64,000 nucleotides of DNA, from NCBI RefSeq assembly GCF_006345805.1, contig NC_043005.1:49352001-49416000 (forward strand), written 5' to 3'. The DNA is from Octopus sinensis. Taxonomy: Eukaryota. Position 1 is the stretch's first letter. Each line of letters opens with the position of its first letter. The translations under genes and the position numbers were made by a program. Of the stretch, positions 52,759 to 64,000 are shown piece by piece. The notes under the pieces are model-generated. The model had not been told where the DNA came from. It saw nothing but the letters and a program-made list of their open reading frames with translations, and ran no database searches.

Positions 52759-52980
52759 GTATATGCTTCTGTCCATCACTATGCTGAATATTCAAAATCT
52801 GGAAATAGTGGAGACGCAGACAGGGATTCCATCACAAGTGATGTTTTATTTGCAGCTTCAGATAGTTTTGAAAATTTTGCAAGTAAAAACTTCCAGTTGA
52901 AAGATGCTCAACCTGACTGCTTCTCCAGAGCGCCTCTCTTAAATTCATTGCTTCCACCCAAAGATAAAAATACACACTTG
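52759..52980 (+). CDS. Coding exon 2, MyTH4-proximal region
   Basis: Acceptor tttcaactttcag, 74 open codons VYASV...FENFASKNFQ...RAPLLNSLLPPKDKNTHL, donor gtaaat, phase 0/0. Resembles Myo7 FAKFAATYFQ...RRPLKQPLL. Confidence 0.85.
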
Positions 52981-53514
52981 GTAAATAAGCCTTTTATTCT
53001 TTATCTTCATGATATAATTTTGTTTGTAAATAATGCAATACATACATAAGTGCATGCTTATAGATATACATGTGTTCATACATGTATTCATGCATGAAGG
53101 CATACATAAATGCTTGCACCCATACATGCATGCATATCCATATAATGTATACTTACAAACATATGTATGTATGTATGTATGTACATACATGCATACATAA
53201 GTATGTATATATGTATCTATATTTTTTTTAGTAAATGTCTACCATTAGCTAACATAATCTCCATTCACATACACACACACACACACACAGATTTTACAGT
53301 TCCATTATAGGTAGGATCAACAAAAAAAGGAACCCACCCAGTGGGAGATAAATATCATTTAATGTACACAGTTACAAAAGAGCTACTAATAGGTATATGC
53401 TTTAAGACACATTCAATTGACAACTTTATGTAACAGTCCTAGGAGAAAGTTCTTCACTGCAACCTGTGTGAAAACACATACCAGGCTGTGAATGACACCA
53501 CTAGATCACAGGAC

Positions 53515-55430
53515 GCATACATTTCTGTAGTTGTTCCTATCTAAGGCATCACCTTTATCCTTGTAGTAGCTAACTATAATACTTATTTCTTTATTACCCA
53601 CAAGGGGCTAAACACAGAGGGGACAAACAAGGACAGACATAGGTATTAAGTCGATTACATCGACCCCAGTGCGTAACTGGTACTTAATTTATCGACCCCG
53701 AAAGGATGAAAGGCAAAGTCGACCTCGGCGGAATTTGAACTCACAACGTAATGCAGACGAAATACCGCTAAGCATTTCGCCCGGCATGCTAACGATTCTG
53801 CTAGCTCGCCACCTTAGCTAACTATAATACTACTGTACCAGTCATTGGGGATGGTGCCTTCCTGAATAAACTGATTAATGATATTGGTGACTAAGCTGTA
53901 TCTTACACCAGCAGAAATTTTAATCATCTCGGCAGTGATTCTTGATGGCCTTGGGGCTTTCCCTGTCTTCATGATCTTAATTGCCTTATCTATTATGCTG
54001 CTATCAACTGTGATGGCTGGTCCTTCAATTGGTTCCATGCATCTTTCTTCTCTGAGTCACTAAGTGTAAACATATCATTATCCATTTGCACACATTTCGC
54101 ACCCACCACATCTCTATTTTCTCTGATACACTGCTTTGCAATCCTGAACACCTCACATCTCTGACCCTCATGCTGATGAACATTTGCAAATCTCTTACCT
54201 TCAGCTATTCCTTTTGCTATGTAAACCTGACGCCTAGCTGCCCTTTTGGCTACTTGATATAATTCTCTGCTTCCACCATTTTACCAATCTTTCCAGACCT
54301 GTCTTTTGCTTTTATAGCACTGTTTACCTCCTTGTTCCATCACCATGTCACCCTTGGTCCAGCTGGGACTCTGCACCAACCATATATTTCGTCTGTAGCT
54401 CTCAGTAGATTGTCCTGCAGTAACTTCCAATTGTCCTCGAAGCTATGTGTCCTCAACTCTTCCTTTCTTCCGCCAGAAGCTGCCATTAAGAAATCTCTAA
54501 TTTTTTTTCTGTTTACTGGGTCTTTGAGCTTCCATAGTCTTCTTTTCCAGATTGATTTATTTCTCCAAGTCTTTCTAGCCCTAGTTCTGAAGGCACTAAC
54601 TAGTAACCTATGTTGGTTTGTACACTCTTCACCTGGGAAAGATTTTGTATTTTTAAGCATTCAACTATCTAATTGCCTGATGAGGAGATCATGAATCTGG
54701 TTTTCTGAAGTTAATGTTGCAGATCATGAGATGATTTATATCACAGAACCCCAGTAGTTTTGTTCCCTCCTCATTTCTAGGTTCAAATCTACAGCCCCCA
54801 TGCACTCCCTGGAATCCATGAAGTCACCAGCCACAATAACAAAGTCTCTGTCATTGTCATTGAGGTAGTCTGCAAAACGATCTCATAGAATTGGTCCTTC
54901 TGCTCATCAGTCAACCAAGACTGAGGAGCATAAGTAGAGATAAATGTAACTGTTGATTTATCTATGTTAAGTCTCATCTTAATTACCCTATTACATACTT
55001 TGACTACTTCAGTTACCTTATTTACCCACTTTTCTGCCAACAGTATGCCTACACCACCTACTCCATCCTTCCTGCCAACCTAGAAGAATTTGGATCTCTG
55101 TCTCTTACCTGTGAGGAATCTAGCTGAGGCTCTCCTCCATCATACTTCTTGCATACTACACACATCAATATGGCGTCACTCCAACATTTCAATAATCTCC
55201 CCACTCTTTCCTTTCATTGTGCCAACATTGATGGTAGCAGCCCAGAGATTGAGTACTTGGGAGTGGTAGCTGCAAGGTAGTTGTGGAAATTTTGTCCCAC
55301 CATTTCATCCAATATCTAGAGCAAGCACCAATAAGAGATGAGGTGGGTATGAGAATAGGGAATGTATGTTGACCTGGAAGAGAAGAATAGGGTGGTTACA
55401 TAGGACAGTTTAAGTATTATATGTCTAAAT
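53515..55430 (-). mobile_element. RTE-clade LINE 5' half (endonuclease to start of RT), decayed and interrupted by a SINE
   Basis: TINVGTMKGKSGEIIEML, STYAPQ, EECTNQHRLLV, KTGKAPRPSRITAEM and KGDALDRNNYR. Confidence 0.9.
53584..53814 (-). mobile_element. Young SINE family B with a 17-bp TSD
   Basis: TSD tagctaactataatact at 53567-53583 and 53815-53831. CpGs are retained. Confidence 0.92.
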
Positions 55431-55679
55431 ATATTTATATGAGGTACGCCTCATTTATATATGTGCGCCTGCATGAGGTTATAAAGATATAATCAAAATA
55501 TGTACTCACACATAGAGCACATGAAGAGTATATGAGTTGCCAAGTGAAAATGTTAATGTACAAATTAAAATTGGTGGGCATAGCAGGTGTGCAAATTGGA
55601 CATTAGGTACAGACCTTGTGCAAACTAAGTTAACACACCACATAGCAAGATGGGCTTAGAAGAAAAGCCATAGTATTTG

Positions 55680-55735
<56 letters not shown>

Positions 55736-55736
<1 letters not shown>

Positions 55737-55945
55737 TTTACCTCTGCCTTAGCGAAGGTGGAGGTATTGTTTTCAGTTGTGTTTGTTAGTTTGTTTGTCC
55801 ATGGACAAGATATCTCAAGAACTGCTGGATGGACATGAATGAAACTTTCAGGAATGTTTGGCCTCATGACTGACATGAACTGATTAGATTTTGGGATCAA
55901 TCTGGTACAAGACAAGGATTCTGAATTACTTGTTATTTTTACTGT
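55736..55945 (+). mobile_element. Helentron-associated (HINE/DINE-1-like) non-autonomous element, partial
   Basis: T-rich flank, 5' hairpin tacctctgcc-ttagcgaa-ggtggaggta, (tgtt)n, then atctcaagaactgctggatggacatgaatgaaacttt. Confidence 0.6.
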
Positions 55946-55951
55946 ATATGT

Positions 55952-56053
<102 letters not shown>

Positions 56054-56280
56054 CATATACATACATGGTGCAGTCTTCTGCCTAGGTAGCCTCTATCAAA
56101 CTGTTCATCCCATGTCAGCATGGAAAATGGATGGTAAATGATGATGATGATATATACTGTGCATTCAAAAGTTGGCTTCAGTCCCACTGAGGAGGACTTT
56201 GGGGATATGTCTTCTACTATAGTCCTGGGCTGAACAAAGCCTTGTGAGTGGATTTGATAGACAACTAAAAGATGCCTATC

Positions 56281-56366
<86 letters not shown>

Positions 56367-56483
56367 GAAAGAAGGTTTGAAAATGCAATTTAAAAGATGT
56401 TTATTTACTTAACCGGTTTCACTCTTTGGAAAAAGATTGTCAAAAGTAACATAGAATATTATGAATTAAAAAAAAATTTACAT

Positions 56484-56790
56484 AATTGCCACATTACATG
56501 TATATATACAGTCTTTGGTAACAGGGACATGTTAAGGACATTACAACAGTATGATGAGAATATTTGAAAAAATGGGCAGAAAAGAATAAAACAAATATAT
56601 TATTAGAAGTTTGGTTGCGTTAATTATTGGTTGTTGCAAATTGCCACATTACATGTATATATACAGTCTTTGGTAACAGGGACATGTTAAGGACATAAGA
56701 AAGTACAACAGTATGATGAGAATATTTGAAAAAATGGGCAGAAAAGATTAAAACAAATATATTATACATCTCAGGGTCAGTACAGAATAT
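56484..56790. repeat. Tandem duplication, ~155-bp period
   Basis: aattgccacattacatgtatatatacagtctttggtaacaggg at 56484 and 56639. Confidence 0.9.
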
Positions 56791-57959
56791 TATGAATTCA
56801 AGGGACACGCACACTCACACCAGTCTCACCTCCATACAGGCACATATATACACACGCAGCACCATGTGTTTGTGAGAGTGTATGTATGTTCGTGCTCCTT
56901 GTTTTGACATAGATTAATGTTGCAAATGAATGTCATTCATTTTCAATATTCTGTAAAAACATGTCTGACCAAGAGGTGTATTGCTTTGCTTGGAAATAGT
57001 TAACGCTTGTCAATAGGTCGGGTATCAGTCCATAGAAAATCTACATCTATAAACTCAGTTTGACTGATGCAGACATGGAAAAGTGGACATTAAAATGCTG
57101 CTGCTGTTGACACATACATGTATGTATATCCACACACACACACACATATACATATATATCTTTTCAAACAAACTTATATACACACATATATATTGAATTT
57201 CTGATAATCCATTCTGCTGTGGTTTGTCAAATGCATTTAACCATAAAACTAAAATGAAAACACTGCTGAAAGTTTTCTAAGCTTTGGTTAGACTAATTAA
57301 ATGTTTAATTTTTCTGTTTGTCAATGCTGTCTTAGTTAAACAAAAACTAACTACAATGTCACTTGTTACCTTACTTGAACACTGTGAAAACAAAATTGAA
57401 AGGTTAAATTATGTTCCTTTGCTTTGCAAGGAATTGAATAAACAAACTTCCCAGTCAATCAAGATAAAGTTAAATGAATACATTAAAGAAGAAAGGAAAA
57501 AAAATCTTTTTTCATTTTCTGTTAGCATTCTATAAAACAAACATATTTGCAGTTCATGTCACTACTTGTGATAGTTACAGTTTAAATTTAGTTTCAAAAT
57601 TAAAGTTTGTTAATTTACCAGAGCTCTAAGCAATGGTGTTTAACTTCTTGATGCTTCTTAGCTTAGACATCTCACTTCACTGTTCCTTGTTGTTATTGTT
57701 AGTTCTAGATAAGCCTTGATCATGCTGACCCATGAACAAAGCAGTATGTTAGTCCTGGACTATAATATGTTTCCACAGGCTTTTGACTACATCACTGAAC
57801 AATTAACCTGTTTCTACTGCCAATACCAAAAACACTTACTCTCTAAATAGATCTGGCACATTTTGTTGCTTTATTAAATCTAACTCATATCATTTAACAT
57901 TCCTTTAGATCCTTAATTAGGTATTAGCTATCATTGCAAACTCTTTTAATTTCTTTTGT

Positions 57960-58560
57960 GATGTGTGGTAAGAAGTTTGCTTTCCAATCACATAGTTCCA
58001 GGTTCAGTCCCACTGCATGGTACGCTGGACAAATGTTTTCTACTGTAACCCCAGATAACCAAAGTTTTGTGAGTGGATTTGGTAGACAGGAAATGAAGGA
58101 AGCTTATTTCGTGTATATATGTATATATATATACATGTGTGTGTGTGTGTGTGTATATGTGTGTGTGATGGCATCATATAAAAACATCCAGTACACTCTG
58201 TAAAGTGGCTGGCATTTGGAAGGGCATCAAGCCATAGAGACAGTCCCAAAACAAATGACTGGAGCCTGGTGCAGCCCTCTGATTTTCCAGCTGCTGTCAA
58301 ACCACCCAACCTATGCCAACATGGAAAATGGACATTAAATGATGATGTTGATGATATGTATATCTCTGTGTTTGTCCCCACCACTTCTTGACAATTGGTG
58401 TTCATTTATTTACATCCCTGTAACTTAGTAACAAAAGAAAAAATACCAATCTATAAAATATAAGAAGTATGATCATTTTGTTCGAGTAAAACACTTGAAG
58501 GTGGTGCCCCAGCATGGCCACAGCCCAGTGACTGAAAGAAATAAACAATAAAAAGATAAA
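57960..58560 (+). mobile_element. Decayed SINE family A with an RTE-tail fragment inside it
   Basis: Head 57960-58110, RTE-type tail 58170-58350, SINE 3' half 58365-58560. Confidence 0.7.
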
Positions 58561-58927
58561 TGACAAAAGCACTCTGAATAGATTTTGCACATTTTGTTTA
58601 TTAAATCTAATTCTTATCATTTAACATTCTCTTAGTTTCTGGTTTTGGTATTGACTATTATTGTAAACCCTTTTGTGATTTATTTAATATTTTGCAAGTT
58701 TATGAACTCAAATCCAAATTAAGATAAGGATGACTTGCATATGAAAAGGGTGAAGATGTTTACCTGTTTTAGTTTTGTGCATATGGACCATGTGACAGAA
58801 TATGAAAAGTTGACATAGCTCGTTCTCTACATGTAATTATATTGATACAGTAGTTTTAACATGGAAAATATTTTCAATAACTATATTTTTGTATTTGTTA
58901 ATTCTCTTTGTTTCTTTCTTATTACAG

Positions 58928-59011
58928 GCAGCCATGTCTTCATGGATAACCATTTTAAAAATAATGGGTGATTTTCCAGAGTATGATTACACATCTGTAA
59001 AAAGTATGGAT
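58928..59011 (+). CDS. Coding exon 3, start of MyTH4
   Basis: Acceptor tttctttcttattacag, AAMSSWITILKIMGDFPEYDYTSVKSMD, donor gtatgt. Compare Myo7a AALAVWITILRFMGDLPEP. Confidence 0.9.
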
Positions 59012-59237
59012 GTATGTATTATTTCAATCTATATATTTCACATATAATATTTATTTAAAATTATGTAATTACACATAACATTTGTTATATGCATTATAAA
59101 CTATATTAATTTTGTTTCTTTATATAAGACAATTTACATATAATGTACTGCATATACTATGCAACTAGTATATCTCTCTTTCAACCCATGTTAATGATCA
59201 ACAACTGAAATGAATTAACGAGGAAATCTTTTACTTT

Positions 59238-59697
59238 AAGACACATATCAGCCATTCAAAAGCATAAAAAGACTTTTTACTTCACTTAATCCTTTAGCAT
59301 TCAGATTATCTGTAAAATATAATGCTTATTTATTCACATTGTCATGAATTAATTATACATTATTTTGTAGATTTCAGATTTTGATAATCTGATTGTTTTA
59401 TTTTTAGAATGACATTGCAGGGTAGTTGTGAGAGGCCTGATCTAGTCAGTTTGGAAACAAAACAGGTAAAATATTTGGGCCATGTGTGGCTAGTTTGAAT
59501 GCTAAAGGGTTGAACATTCATTATTAGGTATCAAAATTTTCGTCACACTAACTGTGACTTGGTCACTGACATGATTACACAGCAACTACATCAAGACCAG
59601 ATTGCAATTGGTGCAATGAAAATTTTAACACCAGATAATAAACGTTTAAGTGAAGTTAACAGTCTCTATGTGTCACTGAATGGCTGATATGTGTCTT
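59238..59697. mobile_element. Fold-back MITE (21-bp perfect inverted repeat) containing a piggyBac-type MITE (59290-59509)
   Basis: aagacacatatcagccattca / tgaatggctgatatgtgtctt. The inner element reads ttaa-tcctttagcattca ... tgaatgctaaaggg-ttga. Confidence 0.8.
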
Positions 59698-59967
59698 CCA
59701 TACTGCAATCATTTTAGTTTCAACACAGTCTCAGGTCAAATCAGTTGTCTGGCAATAACACCTTTGAAATTTTATTTTTAGCATTTCCCCAAATGCTTCA
59801 GAGACACTTAGCTAGTCGTTTCAGTGTCAATAAATACTGTAATCTTCAAGAGATGTTGGTAAGTTATAAATCATAAATACAATGTAGAATAGAGAACTGG
59901 TTTAAATATGGTCATGATTAATGAAAGTGAAAAAAAAACTTTGTATAAGATCTTACTTCCAGACACT

Positions 59968-60025
<58 letters not shown>

Positions 60026-60159
60026 ACACACACACATACACAGATAGATCTCTGTTGGTTTTTTTGATGATGCAGTTGTTCAATTAATTGAATAGCATGC
60101 TCTTGAATTAAGCAGTTGAGCATTTCACAGACATGTGTATCCTTTTCATAATTCATTCC

Positions 60160-61800
60160 CTGAAGACAGGGAAAGCCCCTGGCCAATCAGGAATCACCAC
60201 TGAGATGCTTAAAATATCTGGCAGTGTAGGCTATGGTCTAGTCACCCATATAGTTAATCAAGTGTAGCAGCATTATAGGCAACTGCTACAAAGGTAAAGG
60301 CAATACCTTACGTAGAAATAATTACAGAGGTATCAAATTGTTGGATCAAGTGCTGAAAGTTATGGAGAGTGTCATAATCCAACTAATTAGGGAGAGGGTT
60401 ACTGTAGATGAGATGCAGTTTGATTTTGTGTTCAGGGAGAAGCACCCTGATGCTATATTTCTGGTAAGACAGCTGCAGGAGAAATACCTAGCCAAAGATA
60501 AACATCTGTACTTGGCTTTTGTTGACATGGAGAAAGCCTTTGACAAGGTCCCCTGGTCCCTTATCAGGTGGTCAATAAGGAAACTAGGGATAGATGAGTG
60601 GTTTGTAAGAGCTGTACAAGCCATGTACAGGAATGCTGTCAGTAAGCTGGGGGTTGGCAATGAGTATGGTGAAGAATTCAGGGTACAAGTAGGGGTTCAC
60701 CAAGGATCAGTTCTCAGCCCCCTTTTGTTCATCATAGTCCTCCAGGCAATAACAGAAATTCGGGACAGGCTACCTCTGGGAATTTCTCTATGTTGATGAC
60801 CTTGCTCTTATAGCTGAATCACTAACAGAACTGGAGAAGAAGTTTCAAGTGGGGAAGCAAGGTCTAGAATGAAAGGGCCTTAGAGTTAACCTAGCAAATA
60901 CATAAGTGTTAGTAAGTAGGAAAGCAGACAAATCACAAATTCCTTCACGTAGTTGGCCCTGCTCAATCTGTAGAAAAGGTGTAGGTAGAAACTCCATAAG
61001 TTGTACCCAGCGTAAGCTATGGACACATAAGAGGTGCAGTAATATCAGAGTAAGGTTAACAGAGAAAATAGTTTTTGTGTGTGGAAGGTGCACAGGTACA
61101 ATTAACACTAAAAATGTACAGAAAATAGATTTCATCATGTGCCAGGGTGGGAAACTAGAAGTAGTCAATAGCTTCAGTTACCTAGGTGACCAGGTCAGTA
61201 GCATTCAGAGTGAAAGGCAGACTGTGTGATGCCTGTGTCCAAACAGCCATACTACACTGCAGTGAAACAGGGGTTATGACTGCAGAGGACATGTGTAGGC
61301 TTGTAATAAATGAAGCTAGTATGCTTCGCTGGATGTGCAATGTCAGTGTACATGCACAACAGAGTGTAAACATCCTGAGAGAAAAGTTGGGCATAAGTGG
61401 TGTCAGATTTGCTATGCAAGAGAGATGACTGTGCTGGTATAGTCATGTGATGCATATGGATGAGGACAGCTGTGTGAAGAAGTGTCACACTCTCATGGTT
61501 GAGGGAACCTGTGGAAGAGGTAGACCCAAGAAGACATGGGACAAGGTGGTGAAATGCGATTTCTGAATGTTGGGTCTCATGAAGGCAATGACAAGTGACC
61601 AAGACCTTTGGTGGTATGCTGTGCTTGTAGTCATGGCTGATGCTAGTGTCACATAACTAGTCTATTGAAAGCACTCTTCAAACATTGGGTGATATGCTGT
61701 GCTTGTGAAGACCTGTCAAGCCATGTGAAATTGTAGTTGTGGTCGATGCCAGTGCTGTGTGACAGGCACCTGTGCTGGTGACATGTCAAAGCACAGTTCA
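60160..61800 (+). mobile_element. RTE-clade LINE 3' half, decayed, same family as 38600-40703
   Basis: DMEKAFDKVP, GVHQGSVLSPLL, WPCSICRKGVGRNSI and GRGRPKKTW. There is an ~100-bp deletion near 61203. Confidence 0.92.
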
Positions 61801-62454
61801 AGAATTTTAATTCACTTGACGGAAACTTCTTTCTTCATGATGTAATTGATTTGTTTATCTATAAAAAATGCATCTGAAACAGCTGTAGTGAACCTAAACC
61901 CATTTGTGTTTTCATTTGTATAACTCAGTTGAACTCAGCATTGTGTTGTGAATGATTTAGAAATTCCAGACAACAATGTAACCTTCATTTCATTAAGTGA
62001 TCTCAGCCTGATGATTAGCTATGATGAGCATAGTTGATTGCATAACAATTGCATCATGAGCTTCAGCTAGCTTGGAAACATATGAAGCATGCATTTTACT
62101 TGTTCTTCTCCCCCAATTTGGATTTTTATTCATATTTTTAGCAGCTTTATAGAAATTATCAGCAGCCATATAGAAATTATCAGCTAATTGAATTTCCTCA
62201 CAATTTCAATACGGGAAAAAGTGTGTGACTCTCAATACCAATAAATTGTTATTGTATCTTATATACTATCCACTTTTTGTTCTCTATATCTGGCACTTAC
62301 TACTTGAAGCTTACATTCTTCCTACACTCAGATCCCCGGATCACACATTTATACATACATACATACATACATACATACATACATACATACATACATACAT
62401 ACATACATACATACATACATACACACACACATATATATATATATATACACATAC

Positions 62455-62500
<46 letters not shown>

Positions 62501-62813
62501 ATATATATTTGCATGTGTGTGTTCGTGTGTGTGCATGTGTGTGAGTGTGTGTGTGTGTGTGTGTATGCTCTTTCCTTTTCCCTATTCCTTTTCTGTCTTG
62601 CAAGTTACATAGCAAAAAAAAAGCATCTAGTACACACAGTAGTGTGTTTGACTCACCTGCTCTTATCAAATTGTCCAACCCATGCCATCATGGAAAACAG
62701 ATGTTAGATGATGATAACAATGGTGTTAATGCTTGCATATACATTACATTAATGGAAGAAACACACATCCACACATTTATGAATTTGTAATTTTGTTTTC
62801 TTCCATTTCCCAG

Positions 62814-62909
62814 AGCCGACCAATACCATTCAATTTCATCAGGGAACACTTTGCCAAGAAGTACTCTAAAAAGGATATTGATGATGCAATAAAGAAATAT
62901 GAAGAGCTG
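62814..62909 (+). CDS. Coding exon 4 of the MyTH4 protein
   Basis: Acceptor ttttcttccatttcccag, SRPIPFNFIREHFAKKYSKKDIDDAIKKYEEL (96 bp, phase 0/0), donor gtgggt. Confidence 0.8.
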
Positions 62910-63029
62910 GTGGGTATAAATTTCAGATTAATGTCACAAACATTTAGTTTATATATCCTTGGTCACTGTGCTTTTCTATGTCAGTCAGTGATAAAGGTCA
63001 AATGCAAACATACACACACACATGCACAC

Positions 63030-63165
63030 ATAATAGCTTCTTTCAGTTTCTGCTTACCAAATCCATTCAGAAGGCTTTGGTCAGCCAGGATTATAGTATA
63101 GGTGCTACACAGTTGGACTGGACACAGAACAATGTGGTTGGGAAGCAAACTTCTTACCACACAAT
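63030..63165 (-). mobile_element. Decayed SINE family A, 5' part
   Basis: gcttctttcagtttctgcttaccaaatccattcagaagg...cttcttaccacaca. Confidence 0.75.
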
Positions 63166-63768
63166 GACCATATATTTTCGATTCTGATTGCTGCTGTGGT
63201 CTTGAAGAAGGTAATAGAGAACAATTCCAGTGTTCTGCACTGCCCAAATCTTCTAAATGAGCTTTGCTATTGCATATCACTCTTGGTTTTGAATACAAAC
63301 TGTCTGAATGGGATGTGTCATATTTCATCCCATTTTAAACTCAGCCATCAGATCAGGAGAATATTTTTACCTGACAGGGACAGATTACATATAATGACAT
63401 GATAAGATGACAATAGGTGTACAAACATTCTCTTGAACTGTATTATTTTGTCTCAGTCATGGTAGAGAGTCATATAAAATGTTTTAATATGTCAGAGCAT
63501 TTCAAGATTATTCAAAGTGTTGGATTAAGAGTAGTATCATTTTAAATTTCAACACACAACAGTCTGTGTTCAAATTTTGCTGTTGTCAACTTTGTCTTTT
63601 TATCTCTTTGTTGATAAATTAGGAATTGACTAAATCAATTGAATATATCTATTTCGTGCAAACTCTGGCCTTGTCATATGTTTAAAACAATGAATATGTT
63701 CCTGATTTATGTAATATTATTAATCAAAAACAATGACAGAAATATTTCTTTTTAATTAATTTATAAAG

Positions 63769-63881
63769 GGTGTCAACCCACAAACTGATTGTACAAGCGT
63801 TCCTTTCCTGTTTCCTGGACAGCAAGTCCTTGACCACATTCAATTTCTGTGCTGTCTTGGCATGTTGAAGAATAGTCTCAG
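63769..63881 (+). CDS. Coding exon 5, MyTH4 core; the gene continues beyond the window
   Basis: Acceptor taatttataaag, GVNPQTDCTSVPFLFPGQQVLDHIQFLCCLGMLKNSL-R, donor gtaagt in phase 2. Compare Myo7a [24 protein letters not shown]. Confidence 0.88.
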
Positions 63882-64000
63882 GTAAGTTTCTTAAATGGTA
63901 ACATTTCTATATATGAATATTTGACATCATACACATGTATATATCATCATTTATAGGTTTCATATTCCATTTTGTTTTGTTTCATACACAGGTAGACTGC

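Noticed and set aside
62005-62045. ctgatga followed by a hairpin (hammerhead or C/D box idea)
   Set aside because: No GAAA follows the stem, and there is no convincing terminal stem or box D.
63961-64000. Strong-looking acceptor ...catacacag at 63991 as the next exon
   Set aside because: Joining it to the phase-2 donor at 63882 gives AGG TAG, an immediate stop, rather than the expected R-DEIYCQ. The true next exon is probably beyond the window, though a truncated isoform cannot be excluded.

Overview
AT-rich animal genomic DNA, very rich in microsatellites and transposable elements. The SINE families look like those I recall from octopus/cephalopod genomes; this is recall, not a database result. 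Positions 1 to ~40.7 kb are a dense intergenic TE graveyard. It holds Tx1/L1, RTE, CR1 and Penelope retroelements, Chapaev3-like, mariner DD34D, maT DD37D, Tigger/pogo and Buster-hAT DNA transposons, MITEs, SINEs, and a 100-N scaffold gap with a duplicated overlap. From ~49.6 kb to the end, five + strand coding exons with canonical splice sites join into one 244-aa reading frame. It resembles the first MyTH4 region of the myosin-VII tail and runs off the window. No motor or IQ exons are visible upstream, and TE copies after ~40.7 kb look CpG-decayed, so this may be a motor-less myosin-VII-tail protein. Other highlights are a hammerhead-ribozyme-like motif downstream of a Penelope GIY-YIG ORF, two tandem Tx1 copies sitting in a (TATC)n array, a ~99% identical 288-bp-arm palindrome, and several fold-back elements. 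No rRNA, true tRNA gene or CRISPR array is supported. Most ORFs in the supplied track are microsatellite or antisense artefacts.
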